From assembly GCA_963796155.1 (NCBI GenBank), contig CAWCKT010000055.1, positions 20,442-84,441 of the forward strand: a DNA stretch of 64,000 nt. Reading direction: 5' to 3'. The DNA comes from an uncultured Alphaproteobacteria bacterium. Its GTDB lineage: Bacteria; Pseudomonadota; Alphaproteobacteria; ATCC43930; CGMCC-115725. Numbering within the stretch: the stretch's first letter is position 1; each line of letters starts with the position of its first letter. Below are positions 35,717 to 45,388 of the stretch, piece after piece. A program made the position numbers and the translations under genes. The notes beneath the pieces are model-generated. The model searched no databases. It was not told the origin of the DNA and was given only the letters and a program-made list of their open reading frames with translations.

Positions 35717-36718
35717 TCAAATATACACCCCGCGCATCCCGCCCTCGGGATAGCGGGTACCGGCGGCGGCGCCGATCGGGATCGCGGCGGAGATGCGGTC
35801 GATGTCGCCCGGGCTCAGCCGGATGCGCAGCGCGCCGACATTCTCCTCGAGCCGAGCTATCTGCTTGGTGCCTGGGATCGGGACGACGTCCGGTCCTTGC
35901 GCCAAGAGCCAGGCGAGTGCCAGCTGCGCCGGGGTGCAGGCCTTCTCCGCGGCGATCGCCTCGATGCGTTCGACCAACGCGCGGTTCTTGGCGAAATTGT
36001 CGCCCATGAAGCGCGGATGACGGCCGCGCGTGTCGCCCGCGTCGAGATGGGCGAGATCGGGCACGACCCCAGCTAAGAGGCTGCGGCCGAGCGGCGCATA
36101 AGCGAAAAATGAAATGCCGAGGTCGCGGGTCAGCTCGCGCGTCTCGGTCGCCTCCTCGCGATAGAGCAGCGAGAATTCCATCTGGACCGCGGCGAGCGGG
36201 TGGGTCGCATGGGCCCGGCGGATACGCTCCGGCCGCGCCTCGCACAGCCCGAGAAAACGGACCTTGCCCTGCTCGACGAGCCGGGCCATCGCGCCGACCG
36301 TCTCCTCGACCGGCACTGCCGGATCGACCCGGTGCTGATAATAGAGGTCGATGACCTCGACCCCGAGCCGCTTCAGGCTCGCCTCGCACGCTTGCGCCAC
36401 GTAGGCCGGGCTGCCGTCGACGCCGTTGGCGCCGCCGGGGCGCCGCGTCTGGCCGAATTTGCTGGCGATCACGATGCCGTCGCGCCGGCCCCTCAGCGCC
36501 CGGCCGAGCAGCTCCTCGTTCTGACCCCAGCCATACATGTCCGAGCTGTCGAAATGATCGACGCCGAGATCGATCGCCCGGTGGATCAGCGCGATCCCTG
36601 CCCCCTCGTCGCTCGTTCCATATACCCCGGACAGCGACATGCAGCCGAGGCCGATCGCCGAGACCTCCGGGCCGGCCTTGCCGAGCCTGCGCCGTTGCGT
36701 GACCATCGTCTCGCTCAT
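35717..36718 (-). CDS. Aldo/keto reductase
   Basis: 333 aa. LGKAGPEVSAIGLGCMSLSGVYG, FDSSDMYGWGQNEELLGRAL, IDLYYQHRVD, VPIPGTKQIARLEENV. Confidence 0.9.
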   Translation of the reverse strand: MSETMVTQRRRLGKAGPEVSAIGLGCMSLSGVYGTSDEGAGIALIHRAIDLGVDHFDSSDMYGWGQNEELLGRALRGRRDGIVIASKFGQTRRPGGANGVDGSPAYVAQACEASLKRLGVEVIDLYYQHRVDPAVPVEETVGAMARLVEQGKVRFLGLCEARPERIRRAHATHPLAAVQMEFSLLYREEATETRELTRDLGISFFAYAPLGRSLLAGVVPDLAHLDAGDTRGRHPRFMGDNFAKNRALVERIEAIAAEKACTPAQLALAWLLAQGPDVVPIPGTKQIARLEENVGALRIRLSPGDIDRISAAIPIGAAAGTRYPEGGMRGVYI

Positions 36719-36796
36719 CGACTTCTCCTTATCCTTTGTGGCCCGCCTTATTAGAGGCGTATGATCCCCGCGGCAATCCAGGCGAGGGAGGAGTTG

Positions 36797-37846
36797 ATGG
36801 CAGCTACGTCACATGTTTACGCCGGTGCGGCGCGCTCGATGGAGGGGACGTTCGGCGGCGTCTTCCGTCAAGCCGTCGGCGACGATCGGTGGGAGAATCT
36901 CACCACCGGCTTGCCCGAGGACACTCAGGTGCATGCGATCACGGTTCATCCCGACAACCCCGATGTGGTGTATATCGGTACCACCAAAGGCGCTTTCCGC
37001 AGCACCAACCGCGGTACACGGTGGGAAAAGCTCAACCTGCCGGGGGACGCCGACATATGGTCGGTCTGTATCCACCCGAAGAACGCGCGCATTGTCTACG
37101 CCGGTGCCTCGCCCCCGGGCGTCTACCGCAGCGACGATGGCGGCGACACCTGGCGCAAGACGGCGGATCCCGGCTTGCCCGACCGGGTGATCATGGGGTT
37201 CGCCTGCCGGGTCATGCGGCTCGGTGTCGATCCCAATTCGCCCGACGATATCTACGCAACGCTCGAAGCCAACGGCACGATGCGCAGCCGTAACGGCGGC
37301 GAGACCTGGGAGGACTGCACCGCCGATCTGATCCGCTTCTGCGAGGAGCCCAAATATAGGAGCCGCATTGGCAGCCAGACCGAAATCGAGGGAATGCTCG
37401 ACGGCCATGCGCTCGCCGTCAGCGCCGCAGCGCCCGGCACTGTGTTTCTCGCCAACCGCATGGGCCTCTTCCGCAGCGATGACCGCGGCGAGACCTGGAA
37501 GGACATGGAGATCGGCCGGTTCTCGCCGCTGACCTATGGCCGCGACATCCGCGTCTCGCCGCATGACCCCAAGGTCATGTATGCCTGCCTCAGCCCGGCG
37601 GCGCGCAGCACCGACGGGTCGATCTACCGCAGCGAGGATGTCGGCCGCACCTGGAAGCGCTTCGATCACGGGGTCAAGGCCGAAGCCACGATGATGGCGG
37701 TCGCCGTGCACCCGCGCGATCCCAACCAGGTTTACGGCGTCTCGCGCTTCGGGCAGGTCTTCGGCACGCAGGACGGCGGCCGCACCTGGCGCGAGCACCG
37801 GTTGCCGGAAGGCGCTCGCGACCTGTACGCGGTCGCCTGCGGATAG
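36797..37846 (+). CDS. BNR/Asp-box repeat beta-propeller protein
   Basis: Trimmed to ATG 36797 after GGGAGGAG. Repeated S-x-D-x-G-x-T-W boxes (STNRGTRW, SDDGGDTW, SRNGGETW, SDDRGETW, SEDVGRTW, TQDGGRTW). Confidence 0.75.
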   Translation: MAATSHVYAGAARSMEGTFGGVFRQAVGDDRWENLTTGLPEDTQVHAITVHPDNPDVVYIGTTKGAFRSTNRGTRWEKLNLPGDADIWSVCIHPKNARIVYAGASPPGVYRSDDGGDTWRKTADPGLPDRVIMGFACRVMRLGVDPNSPDDIYATLEANGTMRSRNGGETWEDCTADLIRFCEEPKYRSRIGSQTEIEGMLDGHALAVSAAAPGTVFLANRMGLFRSDDRGETWKDMEIGRFSPLTYGRDIRVSPHDPKVMYACLSPAARSTDGSIYRSEDVGRTWKRFDHGVKAEATMMAVAVHPRDPNQVYGVSRFGQVFGTQDGGRTWREHRLPEGARDLYAVACG

Positions 37847-37864
37847 CGTAAGCTTTGTCCCTCA

Positions 37865-37900
37865 CCCCTCCTTCTCCCCACGAATGGGGAGAAGGAGGGG
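37865..37900. repeat. Perfect 16-bp stem / 4-nt loop GC-rich hairpin (REP-like) in an intergenic spacer
   Basis: CCCCTCCTTCTCCCCA-cgaa-TGGGGAGAAGGAGGGG. Same compositional family as the 27.55-kb palindromes. No U-tract follows it. Confidence 0.8.
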
Positions 37901-37914
37901 CGCCGTTAGGGAAC

Positions 37915-38715
37915 ATGTCGATGGCCGAAGAGACCCGCAACTCGATGAAGCAGAAGCTCGCTGCCGGCGAGCTGGTGCTTTGCATGAACCTGCGCCTCGC
38001 GCGCAGCGTCGACATCGCGATGGTCGCCAAGGCGGGCGGCTACGATGCGCTCTATGTCGATATGGAGCACAGTCCCTACTCGATCGAGACCACCTCGACG
38101 ATCTGCGCCGCCGCCCTCGGCATCGGCATTACCCCGCTGGTGCGGGTGCCGAGCCATGACGCGCATTGGTCGAGCCGGGTACTCGACGGCGGCGCGCAGG
38201 GTGTCATCGTTCCGCATGTCAATAACCGCGGCGAGGCCGAGGCCGTCGTGCGCAATTGCCGCTTCCCGCCCGTGGGCCGCCGCTCGGTGATGGGGCTCGG
38301 GCCGGCGCTCGGTTATCGCGCCGCACCGCTCGGCGAGCTGAACGACCGCCTCAACCGTGATACCGCGCTGATCGTCATGCTGGAAACCGCCGAGGGCATC
38401 GACAATGCCGCGGTGATCGCCGCATTGCCCGGGATCGACGTGTTGCTGATCGGCTCGGGCGACTTGACGACGGACTACGGTATTCCCGGGCAGGTCGACC
38501 ACCCGCGTCTGCGCGAGGCCTATGAGCGCGTCGCGGAAGCCTGCCGGGCGCACGGCAAGGTGCTGGGTGTCGGCGGCATCCGCCACAATGTCGCGCTGCA
38601 GGGCGAGCTGATCCGTCTCGGCGCGCGCTTTGTGATCGCCGGCACCGACGTCAATTACGTCCTCGCCGGCGCGCGCCAGGACACGACGGCATTACGCGCG
38701 ATCCCGCTCGGGTAA
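37915..38715 (+). CDS. HpcH/HpaI-family aldolase
   Basis: KQKLAAGELVLCMNLRLARSVDIAMVAKAGGYDALYVDMEHSP, PLVRVPSHD, VIVPHVNNRGEAEAVV, VMLETAEGIDN. Confidence 0.85.
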   Translation: MSMAEETRNSMKQKLAAGELVLCMNLRLARSVDIAMVAKAGGYDALYVDMEHSPYSIETTSTICAAALGIGITPLVRVPSHDAHWSSRVLDGGAQGVIVPHVNNRGEAEAVVRNCRFPPVGRRSVMGLGPALGYRAAPLGELNDRLNRDTALIVMLETAEGIDNAAVIAALPGIDVLLIGSGDLTTDYGIPGQVDHPRLREAYERVAEACRAHGKVLGVGGIRHNVALQGELIRLGARFVIAGTDVNYVLAGARQDTTALRAIPLG

Positions 38716-38722
38716 TCCGCGA

Positions 38723-39370
38723 TTGGGCGATCTGCTGAGTTGCCTCGAGCCGGCGGAAAGCATCGAACCGCTCGGGGAAAGAGCCGTGGTGCTGCGCGGC
38801 TTCGCGCGGCATGAGGCGGCGGTTCTGGTCGCGGCGGTGGCGGAAATCACCGCCTCCGCACCGTTCCGCAACATGATTACGCCCGGCGGCTTCCGGATGT
38901 CGGTGGCGATGACCAATTGCGGCCGGGCGGGCTGGGTAACGGATCGCAAAGGCTATCGCTACGAGTTCGTCGACCCGATAACCGGCTGTGCATGGCCCCC
39001 GATGCCGCCATCTTTTCGGGGCCTCGCCGCAGGTGCTGCGGAAGCCGCCGGTTTTGCCGGTTTCGAACCCGATGCGTGCCTGATCAACCGATACGAACCC
39101 GGAACGCGGCTGTCGCTGCACCGTGACGAGAACGAACGCGACCTGACGGCGCCGATCGTCTCGGTTTCTCTCGGGCTGCCCGCGATTTTCTTGTTTGGCG
39201 GCAACAGCCGCGGCGACCGGCCTAGCCGCATTGGGCTGGAGAGCGGCGATGTCGTGGTGTGGGGCGGCCCCGATCGTCTGGTCTATCACGGCGTCGCGCC
39301 GCTTGCCGAAGGAGACGATCCGCTGACCGGGCCATGCCGGATCAATCTGACCTTTCGCAAGGCGCTTTGA
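38723..39370 (+). CDS. alkB: Alpha-ketoglutarate-dependent DNA dioxygenase AlkB
   Basis: TTG start. PGGFRMSVAMTNCGRAGWVTDRKGYRY, ACLINRYEPGTRLSLHRDENE, SVSLGLPAIFLFGG, VVVWGGPDRLVYHGV, RINLTFR. Confidence 0.85.
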   Translation: MGDLLSCLEPAESIEPLGERAVVLRGFARHEAAVLVAAVAEITASAPFRNMITPGGFRMSVAMTNCGRAGWVTDRKGYRYEFVDPITGCAWPPMPPSFRGLAAGAAEAAGFAGFEPDACLINRYEPGTRLSLHRDENERDLTAPIVSVSLGLPAIFLFGGNSRGDRPSRIGLESGDVVVWGGPDRLVYHGVAPLAEGDDPLTGPCRINLTFRKAL

Positions 39371-39383
39371 GCCTGTCGGAAAT

Positions 39384-42300
39384 TTATTCGGCTGGCTGAT
39401 GATGATGGATGACCGCCGGTCGCGGATAGTTGCCGGCGGGTACCAGGGCGTGGTCGTGGGCGATGCCCGCCGGCCGGCCACGGCGTCCGGCGAGCCAGTC
39501 GGAGAGGCGGTCCATGTAAATGTAGGTGACCGGGATCGTAAACAGGGTCAGCGCCTGCGACACGACGAGCCCGCCCACGACGGCCACGCCCAAGGGCTGG
39601 CGCAATGATGCACCGGCGCCGAGCCCGAGTGCGATCGGCAGGATGCCAAAGATCGCCGCCATTGTCGTCATCATAATCGGGCGAAAGCGCAGTACGGCTG
39701 CCTCGACGATCGCCTCTTCCGCCGATTTATGCTCGTGCCGGCGGCGCTCGATCGCGAAGTCGATCATCATGATCGCGTTTTTCTTGACTATGCCGATCAG
39801 CATGATCAGCCCGATGATCGCGATGACGCTCAAATCAAAGCCGAAGAGCTGCAGGCACAGCAGCGCGCCGACGCCGGCCGGCGGCAAGCTCATCAGGATT
39901 GTGACCGGGTGAATGAAGCTCTCGTACAAGACGCCGAGCACGATGTAGACGGCAAAGATCGCCGCCGCGATCAACAGGGGCTCGGTCGATAGCGAGCTCT
40001 CGAACGCCTGGGCGGTGCCCTGGAACGAAGTTTCGATGGTCTTTGGCAGCCCCATCTCCGCCGTCGCCTGGTCGATCCGGTCGACCGCCTGGCCGAGCGA
40101 GGTCCCGGGTGCCAGATTGAATGATAGGGTCGCTGCGGGAAATTGGTCCTGATGATTGACCGATAGCGCGGTCGTGGTCGGCACCAGCCGGGCAAACTCG
40201 CTGACTGGGACCAGTTGCCCGCCCGAACCGTGGACATAAAGACGCGACAGGGCCGAGATATCTTTCTGGTATTGCGGCTCCAGCTCCATCACGACGTGAT
40301 AGGTATTGAGATTACCGTAGACTTCGGTCACGTAGCGCTGGCCGAAGGCGTCGTAAAGAGTGGTCTCAATGGTGCCGGGATTGACGCCGACGCGCGTGGC
40401 GAGATCGCGGTTGATGTCGATCTTCAATTGTGGGCTGGCGAGTTGCATGTCGCTGGCGACATCCTCGATGCCGGGGATGGTCTTCAGCTTGTCTTCGACC
40501 TTTGGCGCCCATTGTTGCAATTCAGCGAGATCGGTGTCCTGCAATGTGTACTGGTATTCGGTTGCAGTTAGCCGCCCGCCGACCTGGATCGTTTCGAGCG
40601 GCTGCAGGTAGGTGTGGATGCCGGGAACCTGGGCCAGCTTTGGCCGCAGTCGGTCGATGATCTGCTGTTCGCTCGCCTTGCGCTGATCCCAAGGCTTCAG
40701 CGAGATGAACAGGCGGCCGGTGTTGTTGCCCTGACTGGCGCCGCCGCCGATCGCCGACCCGACCGACACGACGTCGGGATCGCGCATAATTACTGCCGCG
40801 GCGCGCTGCTGCAGATCGGCCAGGCCCATGAACGAAACGTCCGGAGAACCCTTGGTGAATCCGAAGATGATGCCGGTGTCCTCTTCGGGGATGAAGCCCT
40901 TCGGGATCTCGACGACGAGCCAGCCGGTCAACGCGATCAGGGCGAGATTGAACAGCATCGCCCAAAGCCGAATTTTCAGCACCCCGCGCAAGGTCCGCTG
41001 ATAGCCGTGTAGGGTGCGTTCAAAAGCCCATTCGCTCCATCGATAGAGGCGCCCGTGCTTGACCCGCCGCGGATCGACGAGAAACAGCGACGCCATCATC
41101 GGCGACAAGGTCAGCGCGATGATCGCGGACAGCACGATCGCGACCGAAACGGTCACGCCGAATTCGCGGAACAGACGGCCAACGATCCCGCCCATGAACA
41201 GGACCGGGATGAAGACCGCGATCAGCGAGATCGTGATCGACACGATCGTAAAGCCGATCTCGCCGGCGCCCTTTAATGCCGCGGTCAGAGGATCATCGCC
41301 CTGTTCGAGATAACGGTAGACGTTTTCAAGCATGACAATCGCATCGTCGACGACGAGGCCGACAGCAAGGGTCAGGCCCATCAGCGAGAGGTTGTCGAGG
41401 CTGTCGCCAAAGAAATAGAGGATCGGAAAGGTCCCGAGCAACGACAGCGGCACCGTGACGCTCGGGATCACCGTCGCCCAAAAACTACGCAGAAACAAAA
41501 AGATGACGAGGACGACGAGGACGACCGTGAAGAGCAGGGTCAGCTTCACATCGGTAAAGCTGGCGCCGATCGACAGCGAGCGGTCGTTGACAACGCTGAC
41601 CTTGATCGAGGGCGGCATCCCGGCCTCGAACGCCGGCAGGTGGGCCTTTATGTTGTCGACGACCTGCAAGGTGTTCGACCCCGCCTGCCGCCAGATGCCG
41701 ATCATCTCGCCGATGTGGTTGTTGACCCAGTCTAGCTGCAGCGGGACATCGGACCCAACGACGACCCGGCCGATGTCGCTGATGCGCACCGGCGCGCCGT
41801 TGCGGTACGCGACGATGACGCGGCTCAACGGGCCGGTCTGCAACAACTGCCCGTTGGCGCCGATCTGATAGGCCTGCTCCGAGCCCTGCAACGCGCCGAC
41901 CGGCTCTTCGAGGGTATTGTTGGTAATCGCCGTCGCGACATCGTCGATGCCAATGCTGCGCGCCGCCATCTCCGTCGGGTTTAGCTGCACCGTCGGCGCA
42001 TATTTCTGCTCGCCGAAAATGACGACCTGCGCGATGCCCGGCAGCATCGAGACGCGCTGGGCGAGGTTCAAATCGGCGTATTGGTCGAGCTCGGGCAGGC
42101 TCATGACGTTCGAGGTCAGCCCGAGAATGAATACCGGCTTTTCGGCGGGATTGACCTTTTTGTAGGTCGGCGGATTGGGCAGTTCTTTTGGCAGCACCCC
42201 GCTGGCGGCGTTGATCGCCGCCTGGACATCGCCGGCCGCACCGTCGATGTCGCGCGACAACGCGAATTGCAAGGTAATGACGCTGCTGCCCTCAATATTG

Positions 42301-42548
42301 TACGAGGTGATCTGCGAGATACCGGGAAGGCTGGCGAATTGCCGCTCGAGTGGCTGCGCCACCGACGAGGCCATGATTTCGGGGCTCGCACCCGGCAGGC
42401 TGGTGGTGACGCTGATCGTCGGGAAATCGACGTTCGGCAGAGCCGCGACCGGCAGCAGGTTGTAGCCGATGATCCCGCCGACAAAGAGTGCTGCCATCAA
42501 CAACGCGGTAGCAATCGGGCGCCGGATAAAAGGCTCCGAGATGCTCAT
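39384..42548 (-). CDS. RND efflux permease (MdtB/MdtC-like)
   Basis: Track ORF trimmed to ATG 42548 (MSISEPFIRRPIATALLMAALFVGGIIGYNLLPVAALPNVDFPTI). VVDDAIVMLENVYR. 12-TM layout. The ATGA overlaps the adaptor stop. Confidence 0.95.
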   Translation of the reverse strand: MSISEPFIRRPIATALLMAALFVGGIIGYNLLPVAALPNVDFPTISVTTSLPGASPEIMASSVAQPLERQFASLPGISQITSYNIEGSSVITLQFALSRDIDGAAGDVQAAINAASGVLPKELPNPPTYKKVNPAEKPVFILGLTSNVMSLPELDQYADLNLAQRVSMLPGIAQVVIFGEQKYAPTVQLNPTEMAARSIGIDDVATAITNNTLEEPVGALQGSEQAYQIGANGQLLQTGPLSRVIVAYRNGAPVRISDIGRVVVGSDVPLQLDWVNNHIGEMIGIWRQAGSNTLQVVDNIKAHLPAFEAGMPPSIKVSVVNDRSLSIGASFTDVKLTLLFTVVLVVLVIFLFLRSFWATVIPSVTVPLSLLGTFPILYFFGDSLDNLSLMGLTLAVGLVVDDAIVMLENVYRYLEQGDDPLTAALKGAGEIGFTIVSITISLIAVFIPVLFMGGIVGRLFREFGVTVSVAIVLSAIIALTLSPMMASLFLVDPRRVKHGRLYRWSEWAFERTLHGYQRTLRGVLKIRLWAMLFNLALIALTGWLVVEIPKGFIPEEDTGIIFGFTKGSPDVSFMGLADLQQRAAAVIMRDPDVVSVGSAIGGGASQGNNTGRLFISLKPWDQRKASEQQIIDRLRPKLAQVPGIHTYLQPLETIQVGGRLTATEYQYTLQDTDLAELQQWAPKVEDKLKTIPGIEDVASDMQLASPQLKIDINRDLATRVGVNPGTIETTLYDAFGQRYVTEVYGNLNTYHVVMELEPQYQKDISALSRLYVHGSGGQLVPVSEFARLVPTTTALSVNHQDQFPAATLSFNLAPGTSLGQAVDRIDQATAEMGLPKTIETSFQGTAQAFESSLSTEPLLIAAAIFAVYIVLGVLYESFIHPVTILMSLPPAGVGALLCLQLFGFDLSVIAIIGLIMLIGIVKKNAIMMIDFAIERRRHEHKSAEEAIVEAAVLRFRPIMMTTMAAIFGILPIALGLGAGASLRQPLGVAVVGGLVVSQALTLFTIPVTYIYMDRLSDWLAGRRGRPAGIAHDHALVPAGNYPRPAVIHHHQPAE

Positions 42549-43798
42549 CGCGGAACCACCCCTTGGGTTCCTGACGGGCCGGTCGTGATCCCGGTGCTCC
42601 CGACGCCTTCCGCCCCGATTTCCGGCTCGCGCGCATTCATTTGACCCGGTCGTCCGGCTGCGACGGCGACCCTGACGCCCGGCGTCAGCTCGGCCTGGCC
42701 GGAGGCGACAACCTGCTGCCCGGCCGCGAGCCCCTTGCCGGTGATCAAGGCGCGTCCGTTCTCGACTTGGGTGATCGTCACCGGGACCGGCTCGACCGTC
42801 GAATTCGGCGCGATCCGATAGACGAACGGGCCGCTCGGTCCCATCAGCACTGCCCCCGCCGGAACCGTGATGCCGTTCTTGACGACCCTCAGCACGAGAT
42901 GGGCGTTGACGAACTCGCCCGGCCACAGCGCGGCGTCGTTGTTGGCAAATTGGGCCTTCAACGTCACCGTCCCGGTGTTCTGGGCGACCTCATTGTTGAT
43001 GACTTTGAGAACGCCCTCGGAAAGCTGCCGGTTGTCGTCGCCGTTGAAAGCCAGCACCGAAAGCGGATGCTGCGCCATTGCCGCCCGGATGCGGTCGAGG
43101 TCCTGCTCCGGGACGGTGAACGTCAGATAGATCGGCTTGATCTGGGTCACAACAACGAGCGGGGTCGCGGCACTAGCCTGCACCAGATTGCCGATATCGA
43201 CGAGACGCAGTCCGGTTATGCCGTCGATCGGCGAGGTGATCGCGGAGTAGGCGACGTTCAGTTTGGCGGCGTCGATTTGCGCTTGGTCGGACTGCACCGA
43301 GGCGACCAGCTGATCGACGGTCGCCTTTTGGGTATCGTATTGCTGTTGGGTTACCGCCAAGTGGGTGTTCACCAGCGCCGCGTATCGGGTCAGAATGAGC
43401 TTTGCGTTTTCGAGATTGGCCTCGTCCTTGGCCTTGTTCGCCTCGGCCTGCTCGAGCTGCGCCTGATAGGGCCGCGGGTCGATCTGCACGAGCAGATCGC
43501 CCGCATGGACGTACTGGCCTTCGGTGTAGGCAACTTTGGTGATGTTGCCGTCGACCCGGCTTTTGACCGTGACCGTGTTGAAGGCCTGAACCGAGCCGAT
43601 CCCGCGTACGATGATCGGCACATCCTTGGCCTCGGTCGTGGCTGCGAGAACCGGAACCGCCTGCTGACCGCCTTGCAGCGTGCTCTGCTCCTGCGCCGCT
43701 GTAGCGGTCTCGCTGCCGCGCGGCGCGAGCCGCCAGCTCGCAGTTGCGATGGCGAGGACCAACCCCAGCATCAACAGCAGCTTGATTGAAAGCCGCAC
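42545..43798 (-). CDS. RND efflux periplasmic adaptor (MdtA-like)
   Basis: GTG start and signal anchor. VKSRVDGNITKVAYTEGQYVHAGDLLVQIDPRPYQAQLEQAEANKAKDEANL. YSAITSPIDGITG. Confidence 0.9.
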   Translation of the reverse strand: MRLSIKLLLMLGLVLAIATASWRLAPRGSETATAAQEQSTLQGGQQAVPVLAATTEAKDVPIIVRGIGSVQAFNTVTVKSRVDGNITKVAYTEGQYVHAGDLLVQIDPRPYQAQLEQAEANKAKDEANLENAKLILTRYAALVNTHLAVTQQQYDTQKATVDQLVASVQSDQAQIDAAKLNVAYSAITSPIDGITGLRLVDIGNLVQASAATPLVVVTQIKPIYLTFTVPEQDLDRIRAAMAQHPLSVLAFNGDDNRQLSEGVLKVINNEVAQNTGTVTLKAQFANNDAALWPGEFVNAHLVLRVVKNGITVPAGAVLMGPSGPFVYRIAPNSTVEPVPVTITQVENGRALITGKGLAAGQQVVASGQAELTPGVRVAVAAGRPGQMNAREPEIGAEGVGSTGITTGPSGTQGVVPR

Positions 43799-43906
43799 TC
43801 GAACTCACCTTTGACGTGCCTCACCAGTAAACAGCACGTCGCCACAAAGGGTTCTTAGGCGAGCGCCTCCCGGGACATCCCGGCGCGGGCGGCAGGGCCG
43901 GGCGGC

Positions 43907-44659
43907 TCAGAACGCATAGCGGCGCAGACCGCCATCCACCGGGATGACCGCGCCGCTGATGTAGTGCGCGAGAGGTGAAGCCAGGAACACAGCCAGCACC
44001 GCGAGGTCCTCGGGCTCGCCATAGGCGCCGGCCGGGATCTCGGCTGCGGCATGGCTCTTGCGGTACTCTTCGGGGTAGTTGCGCCGGATCTGCTCGCTCA
44101 TGATCCGCCCGGGCGGGATGGAATTGACGGTGATCCCGTATTTGCCGACGTCGCGCGACAGGCCTTTGGCCCAGGCGTGGACCGCGGCCTTGGCGGAAAA
44201 GGCGGCGTTGAGCCGGTCGGGTTCCGATTTGCCGGTGATGTTGATGATGCGGCCCCAGCCGCGCTCCATCATCTGCGGAAGCAGAGCATGCGTGATCTGG
44301 CGCTGCCGGGTGAAATTAAGCGTGATCGCTTCCTCCCAACGCTCCTCCGACGCATCGAAGGGCAGCGGACGGCTGCCTCCCGCACAATTGACCAGGATGT
44401 CGACGTGACCGAGGCCGGCGAGTGCCGCATCGCGCAACTTCGTTGCCGCATCCGGAGCCATGATGTCCTGGGTGATCAGCAGCGGGCGCCGTCCCTGGCC
44501 TCGCTCGATCTCGCTTGCGAGCTCATCGAGAAGATGGGTCCGGCGCGCCACTGCTGCGACTTCGACACCTTCGGCAGCCAACCCTTTCGCGATCGCGCGG
44601 CCAATCCCCATGCTCGCGCCGGTGACGAGTGCGGTCTTTCCAACAAGCTGCAGGTCCAT
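43907..44659 (-). CDS. SDR-family oxidoreductase (FabG-like)
   Basis: GKTALVTGASMGIGRAIA, NCAG, and an SDR-type active-site region. GGAGGAGA SD. Confidence 0.9.
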   Translation of the reverse strand: MDLQLVGKTALVTGASMGIGRAIAKGLAAEGVEVAAVARRTHLLDELASEIERGQGRRPLLITQDIMAPDAATKLRDAALAGLGHVDILVNCAGGSRPLPFDASEERWEEAITLNFTRQRQITHALLPQMMERGWGRIINITGKSEPDRLNAAFSAKAAVHAWAKGLSRDVGKYGITVNSIPPGRIMSEQIRRNYPEEYRKSHAAAEIPAGAYGEPEDLAVLAVFLASPLAHYISGAVIPVDGGLRRYAF

Positions 44660-45295
44660 ATCTCTCCTCCGAACAGCCGGGCGCCAAACTGACGATCAGG
44701 TGTGCCGTCGGCAAGCTGCCGTGACCCACCCCGGGGCGGCGGTCCCCGACGGGACGGCGGGCTGACGCCCTGCGCGGTATGGAAGCGGCTGCGCAGCCTG
44801 AACGGGTAGCCACAGATGGGCCGCAGGTATGGCCGTTTGGCACGGCCTTGGCTTTCGGTGACGCCGCCGAGCGGAATTGCTTCCCTGCTGAATTCGTTGC
44901 CTAGTGTGACGCGGTTCACACGCTTGCCACGAATTTGCCCGATGATCGTGATTTCGGCGGCTCAAGAAACCTGCGAGAAAAGGAGGTCTATGTGGCTCCG
45001 ACACTAGAGGCTCGCGCTACCGACGCTCAACAACAGCGGGTGGGGCTTCTGCAATGCCCACCGCACTGGGAACAGATCATGACTTTGCCGGATTATTCCG
45101 GACAACGGGTATGGAATGTTCCCCGATCGGAGTGCGCGAGGTGAATCGAGGGCGGCAGGATGGAGGGCGGCTGCTCCATAATCCGGCAGAAAACCTAGGG
45201 CGAACTCCGGATAGCGCCTCGCCGATCCGTCCATTACGTGCGTGTAGTGGATGAGCCGTCACGCTGCCACCCGGCAAACGTGAACATATGTTTTC

Positions 45296-45343
45296 GATTC
45301 TCTGATAACGAGTTGTTAACCGCTCCTGGTAATCCTGGTTAAC
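45296..45343 (+). promoter_or_regulatory. ctrA upstream motifs: one GANTC (GATTC 45296-45300) and two GTTAAC hexamers (45315-45320, 45338-45343)
   Basis: Motifs read directly, 46-93 nt upstream of the ctrA ATG. TTAAC is the CtrA half-site and GANTC the CcrM site in model alphaproteobacteria. The spacing is not the canonical TTAA-N7-TTAAC. Confidence 0.3.
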
Positions 45344-45388
45344 GAAGGCCCCGCCGGTACCTGTTGCCGGCCGAACCCGGAGGCTCTT

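Noticed and set aside
45315-45343. A canonical full CtrA box (TTAA-N7-TTAAC) in the ctrA promoter.
   Set aside because: The two TTAAC motifs are separated by 18 nt, and no TTAA lies 11 nt from either. Only half-site-like motifs can be stated.
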